From: a virus
Lineage: Duplodnaviria > Caudoviricetes
DNA length: 64,000 nt
Strand: one strand, 5' to 3'
IMG/VR virus record: IMGVR_UViG_3300031998_000051
Span: 13,819 to 77,818 of that record
The notes under the pieces are model-generated. The model saw only the letters and a list, made by a program, of their open reading frames with translations, searched no databases and was not told the origin of the DNA. How positions within the stretch are numbered: position 1 is the stretch's first letter; every line of letters begins with the position of its first letter. The translations under genes and the position numbers were made by a program. This document shows, piece by piece, positions 57,548-64,000 of the stretch.

Positions 57548-58015
57548 ATGGAAACAAAACGGATGACGGCAGGCGAGCGGGACACGATGCTGCGGATTGT
57601 AACCGCGTTGAACATTCTTGTCGAGGAACCTGAAAAGCTCAAAGAGCGGATGAAGAACGTGCCGTACTATAACCGGGATGTCTGAATGCTGAAGGCAAAG
57701 GCACTGTCGATGATTGAAAAATTGACGGATACGGTGCCGAAATCGCAGGCATGGCAATGGTACAGAGAAGTGAAAAGCGTTACTTATATGGTCGGCGTCC
57801 CTGGCGTTTCGTCTCGTAATAATGACAAGTTTGGCGTATGGCTGCCGAACAATATCATCAATGCACTGATAGACGGATGCAAGGAACAATGCTTGATGTG
57901 CAATCTGGATAAAGGCCAACGGCGGGCTTGTAAGCTCAAAAAGACATTGGACGCCATTCCAAACGACATCCCGGACAAGCTGGACGGCGACTGCCCATAC
58001 TACGCTCAATTATGA
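57548..58015 (+). pseudogene. Single gene interrupted by in-frame TGA at 57683
   Basis: GGAGG RBS then 45 codons, TGA, and the same frame continues as the 57686-58015 ORF, which has no RBS. Confidence 0.65.
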
Positions 58016-58036
58016 TATTGGAAGAAGGAATGACCG

Positions 58037-58659
58037 ATGTATATCATCAAGAAAGATGGATTGTATCTTATGGCCTATCAGTATAACGGAATCAGAGAAT
58101 TTGACGCGAAAGGCAATTATACCGATATACCGACCGGCTATTACAGCGCGGATCGACGTGATGCCCAGGTGTTCGATAATACCGCACTCGCCGATACACT
58201 CGGTGCGAAAGCGATCAAAATCCAGGAGAAAAACAATATCAGGAGGAATTACCGATGACACGTAAAGAGATTCTCGATACTGCATTGAAGTGTGTGAACG
58301 GCGACCGCGATGAACAGTACGGCAAGCCGGAGAACAGCTTTAACACCATCGCCAGACTGTGGAATGCCTATATCGACGCACTGGCTGGCGACGATGGTGC
58401 AAACATTGTCTTCAGAGATACTGATGTTGCGGCGATGCTGGCGCTTCTGAAAATCGCCCGGATTTCTTCCGGCGTCCAGAAAGATGACAACTGGATTGAC
58501 CTTGCTGGATATGCCGCCTGCGGCGGTGAGTGCGGAAGCCAGAAGCCACACGTGAATAAATGTGTAGACTGCGAATTCTACACGGATGAAATTGGCCCGG
58601 CTGATCGCATATATGGATGTATGCTGCATGAGTGCGCGAAGAAAAAGAACGGGACTTGA
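58037..58659 (+). CDS. Hypothetical (58037-58258) and DUF6378-like protein (58255-58659)
   Basis: EILDTA..CVNGDR..QYG.PENSF..IA.LW.AY...DNWIDLAGYAACG. Confidence 0.75.
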
Positions 58660-58719
58660 CAAAAACGCTAAAATGGTCAAAAGGTGTGCATATGGTGTGC
58701 AAATAGCGTACTTGACTGC

Positions 58720-58790
58720 ATATGGTATAATTAAAATGGGTTTTATGATGATAAGCCCGCATGAGCGCGTCACAACGACGCGCTTTTTTC
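58720..58790 (+). promoter_or_regulatory. Extended -10 promoter followed by a terminator-like hairpin
   Basis: TGGTATAAT at 58723-58731 with no canonical -35 at 17 bp; GCGCGTC-ACAAC-GACGCGC-TTTTTT at 58764-58788. Confidence 0.55.
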
Positions 58791-58953
58791 ACGCCATGAA
58801 TAGTCTGCCAAATCTATTCACGACACGTCACATGCCACTTTCATTCTGAAAGGAGGCAAGTCGGTCTGCGTCTCCTCCTTGGCGCAGAGTTTCAGTATGC
58901 GGTTTGTCGCCACAGGCCGTATCATATGATACCGACAGCGAAGGAGAGACACC

Positions 58954-60132
58954 GTGGAAAAGAGATATATAGAGATCGACATAGCCGACCTCGTGCCCTA
59001 TGACCGCAACCCACGCAAGAACGATCACGCGGTGAAAGATGTCGTAGAGAGCATGGAACAGGTCGGCTATATCACGCCCATTGTCGTGGATGAGAATATG
59101 CTTATCCTCGCCGGTGAGACGCGATGCAAGGCGTTGAAGAAGCGCCACGTCAAGCGCGATAAAGTGCTGCAGGTATTCGGTCTGACGGAAGAACAGAAAA
59201 AGAAATACCGGCTGCTGGATAACAAGGTCGGCGAAATCGCTGAATGGGATCTCGATCTTCTGGCCGGAGAACTGGAAGCTGTGGATTTTGGCGATTTTGA
59301 TTTCGGCTTCGATGACCTGATGGCAGACCTTGATACGGACAGCGAAGGAGAGGCGGCGCAGGCGGTTGACGATAATTATGATCCAGTCCTGCCTGAAACG
59401 CCGAAATCTAAGCTTGGTCAAATCTATCAACTTGGTAGACATCGCCTGATGTGCGGCGACAGCACTAACGCACATGATGTCGCTATCCTGATGGATGGTG
59501 CGCAGGCCGATATCCTGCTCACGGATCCGCCGTACAACGTGGCCTATGAGGGCGGCACAGGCATGACCATCCAGAATGATAATATGGAGGATGCAGCCTT
59601 TCGGCAGTTTCTCCGGGATGCCTTTCTGTGTGCTGACCTTTCCATGAAGCCAGGTGCGGCGTTTTACATCTGGCACGCAGATTCCGAGGGTTACAACTTT
59701 CGCGGCGCTTGCCATGACATCGGCTGGCAAGTCAGACAATGCCTGATCTGGAACAAAAACAGCCTGGTACTTGGGCGGCAAGACTACCAATGGAAGCATG
59801 AACCGTGCTTGTACGGTTGGAAATCAGGTGCTTCGCATATATGGCTTTCTGACCGCAAACAAACCACGGTGCTTGATTTTGACAGGCCGACAAAATCCGA
59901 GCTGCATCCAACAATGAAGCCCATTCCGTTATTCGACTACCAGATTCGGAATAGCTGCCCGAATAACGGCATTGTTCTTGACCTTTTCAACGGCTCCGGC
60001 ACAACCATCATGGCGTGCGAACAAAATGGGCGCACAGCCTATTGCATGGAGCTGGATCCGCGCTACATTGACGCAACCATACAACGCTTCGAGCAGTTTA
60101 CCGGGCAAAAGGCGGTGCTTATCAGTGAATAA
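58954..60132 (+). CDS. ParB-N-terminal domain fused to N4/N6 DNA methyltransferase
   Basis: LVPYDRNPRKN, ILAGETR, HRLMCGDST, LTDPPYNV, HPTMKP, DLFNGSGTT. Confidence 0.92.
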   Translation: MEKRYIEIDIADLVPYDRNPRKNDHAVKDVVESMEQVGYITPIVVDENMLILAGETRCKALKKRHVKRDKVLQVFGLTEEQKKKYRLLDNKVGEIAEWDLDLLAGELEAVDFGDFDFGFDDLMADLDTDSEGEAAQAVDDNYDPVLPETPKSKLGQIYQLGRHRLMCGDSTNAHDVAILMDGAQADILLTDPPYNVAYEGGTGMTIQNDNMEDAAFRQFLRDAFLCADLSMKPGAAFYIWHADSEGYNFRGACHDIGWQVRQCLIWNKNSLVLGRQDYQWKHEPCLYGWKSGASHIWLSDRKQTTVLDFDRPTKSELHPTMKPIPLFDYQIRNSCPNNGIVLDLFNGSGTTIMACEQNGRTAYCMELDPRYIDATIQRFEQFTGQKAVLISE

Positions 60133-61642
60133 GCGCCTGACGCTCGGCAGCCTGTTCGACGGCTCCGGCGGTTTTCCGCTGGCCGGACTTCTCGCCGGTA
60201 TTGAACCCATCTGGGCTTCTGAAATAGAGCCTTTTCCCATCAGAGTAACGACAAAGCGAATCCCACAGATGAAGCATTATGGCGACGTTTCAATTCTGAA
60301 CGGCGCACGGCTTCCGCCTGTGGACATCATTACATTCGGTTCACCTTGCCAGGATATGTCCCTGGCAGGACGCAGAATCGGATTGGATGGTGAACGGTCA
60401 AGCCTGTTTTATCAGGCTATTCGCATTGTCAGAGAAATGAGGGAAGCCACAGATGGAAAATATCCGCGATACATCGTCTGGGAGAACGTCCCAGGCGCTT
60501 TCACATCCAACAAAGGCCGTGACTTCAAATCCGTGCTCGAAGCTATCATCGACATTAAAGCGCCCGGCGCTTCGGTGCCTGCGCCTGATAAAGGACGCTG
60601 GCAATACGCCGATTTATACCTGGGCGACGGATGGTCATTGGCTTACAGAGTGCTCGATGCGCAATACTACGGAGTCGCCCAACGTCGCCGTCGCGTGTTC
60701 CTTGTCGCGGATTTTGATTCCGAATGCGCCGGAGAAATACTCTTTGAGCGCCAGGGCTTGCAACGGGATTCTGGAACGCGCGAAAACCCGCAATCGAATA
60801 CTGCCGGAGATTCTGAAGGCCGGATTGGAACAACAGGCGAATCAATAACCTATGCTGCCGGATTTATCCCGTTCACCAGTATGAAAGCCGGAAACAGCAT
60901 CGGCTTTGAAGATGAACGCTCGCCTACGCTTCGAGCTTGTTCCGATACCGCTGTGCTGATGTTTGACAACCATTCCCAGGACAGCCGCTATGATGGTCCG
61001 TTGGATATTGCCGGAACAATCGCGGCGCAATACGGAACCGGCGGCAACAATCAACCGTTAGTGATGGAGCCGATCCGACAAACGCCATTCAGCATCGGCG
61101 GCTTTAACAGCCTCGCATGGCTTTCCGATAATCCTCGGGCAGGAATCTATAAAGCCGATACAGTGCGAACACTGGACGCTTCCGACAGCAATCCCAGCGC
61201 CAATCAAGGCGGTACGGCCATTGTGGAAACCTATGCCATGACAGTCGGCTACTATATGCAAGTCGCCAAGGACGTGACGCCGCCGCTTATGGCGCGGGAT
61301 TTCAAGGATCCCATTGTGGTGAATGCGCCACGCTATCGCGTTCGGCGATTGATGCCGATGGAATGCGCACGATTGCAGGGCTTTCCCAGCGATTGGTGTA
61401 CAGACCTCGTTACAGAGAATCCGACCGAGGATGACATCGCTTTCTGGGCTGACGTCTTTGAAACGCATCGGCACACAGTCACCAGAGCAAAAACACCCAA
61501 GACCAAAAACCAAATTATCAAGTGGCTGCGCAATCCACATACGGACAGTGCGGAATATCGCCTCTGGGGCAATGGGGTCGCATTGCCCTGCGTCTATTTC
61601 GTTCTCGCCGGTATCGCGGAGAACAGTATCCGCTTTCACTAA
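60125..61642 (+). CDS. C5 cytosine DNA methyltransferase
   Basis: SLFDGSGG, GSPCQD, WENVPG, QRRRRVF, RRLMP.ECARLQGFP, GNGVALP. Confidence 0.92.
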   Translation: MNKRLTLGSLFDGSGGFPLAGLLAGIEPIWASEIEPFPIRVTTKRIPQMKHYGDVSILNGARLPPVDIITFGSPCQDMSLAGRRIGLDGERSSLFYQAIRIVREMREATDGKYPRYIVWENVPGAFTSNKGRDFKSVLEAIIDIKAPGASVPAPDKGRWQYADLYLGDGWSLAYRVLDAQYYGVAQRRRRVFLVADFDSECAGEILFERQGLQRDSGTRENPQSNTAGDSEGRIGTTGESITYAAGFIPFTSMKAGNSIGFEDERSPTLRACSDTAVLMFDNHSQDSRYDGPLDIAGTIAAQYGTGGNNQPLVMEPIRQTPFSIGGFNSLAWLSDNPRAGIYKADTVRTLDASDSNPSANQGGTAIVETYAMTVGYYMQVAKDVTPPLMARDFKDPIVVNAPRYRVRRLMPMECARLQGFPSDWCTDLVTENPTEDDIAFWADVFETHRHTVTRAKTPKTKNQIIKWLRNPHTDSAEYRLWGNGVALPCVYFVLAGIAENSIRFH

Positions 61643-61850
61643 CCTTCTACGAGCTTGCCATAGGTTCGTCATAGAAGGCACCTCCTTGAGGCTATAAGCC
61701 GAGCCGCATGGACCTGTCGGTGGTCTTTTCAGTTTTCATACGCCGTCGGTGCGTCCATGGGTGCCCGCCTGTCGTCGTTTGGTTTTGATGATCACTCCTT
61801 TCCGCTGACGATGATTAAAGGCGGGCTATTCTTTTTCAGCAGGTGATTGA

Positions 61851-62726
61851 ATGAGATATCAGGGTGGAAAGAGCAAAATTGCAAAACCTATATCGGAGGT
61901 TATCAATGCAGTATCAAGGCGGCAAAACGAAGATCTCCTCTCAGCTTGCATCGGAAATTTTAGGGGGGGTACAGCGCATACCCTTGTGAGTTTGTTTTGC
62001 GGCTCATGCGCTGTCGAAGCCAAACTCGCGCCAAGCTATGAACGCATTATCTGCAACGATGCACACCCATATCTCATATCCATGTGGAAAGCTCTTCAAG
62101 TCGGATGGGAACCGCCGGACATTGTAACCGAAGCCGAATACCAATACATAAAAGACCATAAGGATGAGGATCCCGCGCTTTCTGGATTTGTGGGATTCGG
62201 CTGCACATTCGGCGCGAAATGGTTCGGCGGCTATGCCCGTGACAAGCGCGGATGTGTTACGAGGGGGGGGTACGCTCCAAGGTCTAAAACATCCCTCCTT
62301 AAAGTCTTTTCAGAATTGAACCGCACAAGCTCAGCGGGAGAAATCAAGGGCAGAATATTCGCGTTGGAATCCAAACGCACAACGTTGGCCGACAGCGCGG
62401 CCATGAACAGCAAAGTCACATTCACCTGTCTCGATTACAGGGATGTGAAGATTCCACCGAAATCAACCATCTATGCTGATCCTCCGTATGCCGGGACGCT
62501 CGCCTATAAAGGCGTTGAGCCTTTTGACAGCGATGCCTTCTGGCGCTATATGCGGAAGCTGGCAAAAGATGGTCATACCGTATTTGTCAGCGAATGCACC
62601 GGGCCGGATGACATCAGGGTCGTTTGGTCTAAGGAATACGGCGGCGGGATGAAGAATAGCGGCATTACCGCAAGCAAAACCCGGCGCATTGAAAAGCTGT
62701 TCATGCTTACGCCCGATAACTGTTAA
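61851..62726 (+). CDS. Dam-like (D12 class) adenine methyltransferase
   Basis: MRYQGGKSKIA, SLFCGS..V, ICND, IYADPPY. Confidence 0.88.
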   Translation: MRYQGGKSKIAKPISEVINAVSRRQNEDLLSACIGNFRGGTAHTLVSLFCGSCAVEAKLAPSYERIICNDAHPYLISMWKALQVGWEPPDIVTEAEYQYIKDHKDEDPALSGFVGFGCTFGAKWFGGYARDKRGCVTRGGYAPRSKTSLLKVFSELNRTSSAGEIKGRIFALESKRTTLADSAAMNSKVTFTCLDYRDVKIPPKSTIYADPPYAGTLAYKGVEPFDSDAFWRYMRKLAKDGHTVFVSECTGPDDIRVVWSKEYGGGMKNSGITASKTRRIEKLFMLTPDNC

Positions 62727-62749
62727 TCCACTCACAGCAAGTAACCCGC

Positions 62750-62980
62750 CCACGATCCGGGCATCGGTGAAGCTGTGGGTTTTAAGAGCCCGGCACGCCT
62801 CTCAACGATGCGGACCACGCCGGGACATTTTATAGACCTGCCAGCGCCTCTGCTTGCATGCGTACCTTGGAGGCGGCTTCGGACGTTGAGCCTGTCAGCG
62901 TTCACCAATTGTATCCGTGATACCTACGGGCCACGGGTCAACCTGGCGGCTATGGTGTGCACACTGTACCGCCTTTTTTC
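62750..62980 (+). ncRNA. Candidate structured intergenic RNA ending in a terminator
   Basis: Several stems (CCGGGC/GCCCGG, GCCTC/GAGGC, CCGTG/CACGG) and GGCGG...CCGCC-TTTTTT. Confidence 0.35.
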
Positions 62981-63121
62981 ATGCCGCGAGTCAGGGTCGC
63001 ACCCTGTGGACGGCACTCTCACGACACGGACGGTGATAGCTACACCGATAGCGCGGGATGCTGCTCCGCCCGCGCTTTTCCGTGTCCATACCAGCGGAGC
63101 AGAGAACAGGAGCAGATACAA

Positions 63122-63559
63122 ATGGATGGCGTAAAAGAACAACGGACAAGCTGGCGCGATGAGGAATTGTCGCTTCGACACAGAGAGTGGGGCTTTGATT
63201 GTCCCGCCGTGGACATTGACTTCCTCCTCATCGAATACAATCACGCAAAGGTCAAGGCGCTGGTTGAATACAAGAAGGAATTCGCCTACATCCCAAACAC
63301 ATCGCATCATACCTTTCGCGCTATCGCCGATCTCGGAGACCGGGCGGATATTCCCGTATTCCTCTGCGTTTACTCCGGCGACATGACAACCTATACCGTT
63401 ACCGCGCTCAATGACAAGGCACGGCAATGGTGCCCGGAAGACAATACCGTCTTTTCCGAATATGAATGGGTGAAACTTCTCTATGATGTACGTGGCTATG
63501 GCGCGATCACTCTGGATGTGCAGCGACGCTTGAAGCAGCGCATGAGGACGGTGAGCTGA
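63122..63559 (+). CDS. Hypothetical protein (possible PD-(D/E)XK fold)
   Basis: DIDFLLIEY......LVEYK pattern. Confidence 0.55.
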   Translation: MDGVKEQRTSWRDEELSLRHREWGFDCPAVDIDFLLIEYNHAKVKALVEYKKEFAYIPNTSHHTFRAIADLGDRADIPVFLCVYSGDMTTYTVTALNDKARQWCPEDNTVFSEYEWVKLLYDVRGYGAITLDVQRRLKQRMRTVS

Positions 63560-63942
63560 TGCCGTACAAGCCAAACAAGCCTTGCGGCCATCCCGGCTGC
63601 GGGAAGCTCGTACCCTATGGCACGATGTACTGTGATAAGCACCGTCCATTGCATCCAAAGGAAGAAGTCCCGCGCTCTGCTGATTCTCGTGGCTACACAA
63701 AGAAGTGGCGCAAGGCAAGAGAAGCATACCTCGCCGCGCATCCGCTTTGCGTGGAGTGCGCGAAGGAAGGACGCTATGTCAAGGCCGATGTTGTTGACCA
63801 TATCATCCCTCATCGCGGCGATACAACGCTGTTCTGGGATAAAAATAACTGGCAAAGCCTCTGCAAGCATCACCACGACGTCAAGACCAAGACCATAGAC
63901 CGCGAATATATCGAAAACCATCCGTGGAAGGGCAGGCCGTGA
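63559..63942 (+). CDS. HNH endonuclease (packaging-associated)
   Basis: PCGHPGC..., RGY..KW.KAR..YL..HPLCVEC, VVDHIIPH.GD..LFWD..NWQSLCK.HH..KT; usual position before terminase/cos. Confidence 0.92.
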   Translation: MPYKPNKPCGHPGCGKLVPYGTMYCDKHRPLHPKEEVPRSADSRGYTKKWRKAREAYLAAHPLCVECAKEGRYVKADVVDHIIPHRGDTTLFWDKNNWQSLCKHHHDVKTKTIDREYIENHPWKGRP

Positions 63943-64000
63943 CCGAAAAACGGCGCGATGGGTAGGGCGGGTCCGATCTCTACGGACCCGCCCGGGCGAC

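Noticed and set aside
61058-61681. Antisense ORF to the C5 MTase with a strong SD (AAGGAGGT, 7 nt before ATG 61672)
   Set aside because: Translation reads as a shadow of conserved MTase motifs and the ATG is buried in a hairpin; the SD-like motif alone is insufficient.
62915-62945. Pistol-ribozyme-like CCGTG...GGGCCACGG
   Set aside because: No downstream pseudoknot partner or conserved core found.
1-64000. tRNA/rRNA genes, IS elements, alternative genetic code
   Set aside because: No cloverleaf with T-loop consensus noticed by eye, no transposase, and genes end normally in TAA, TAG and TGA.

Overview
The window is about 64 kb of a temperate tailed phage (siphovirus-like, probably infecting Clostridia-type Bacillota). 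It is co-linear from the tape-measure gene through the tail, DGR, lysis, accessory, integrase/immunity, replication and a long middle-gene region to the HNH gene that usually precedes the terminase. A candidate attP is intact and flanked by phage genes on both sides, which suggests a free or circular form. Main findings: (1) a RAMP/Cas7-like gene (33254-33988), a conserved partner gene (33991-34473) and a 1-kb non-coding array of 17 units. Each unit is built from 5-nt GGY-NN-type pentamers closed by a GGCAGTC-NN-GGA junction, and the array has two duplicated leaders. It looks like a phage RNA-guided system with a non-contiguous code; it resembles the VIPR architecture as I recall it, which I cannot verify here. 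(2) A diversity-generating retroelement on a tail-fibre C-terminus, with its own TR promoter, no avd gene and a TR whose 3' part looks already mutagenised. (3) Six covarying hairpins (stem-GA-3bp-tetraloop) in the early operon. (4) An antisense peptide resembling the repressor C-terminal helix. (5) attP inside the integrase 3' end. (6) An expanded family of cassette-like paralogs, five intact DNA methyltransferases and several unannotated small genes. All product calls come from motif recognition by eye; no database searches were run.
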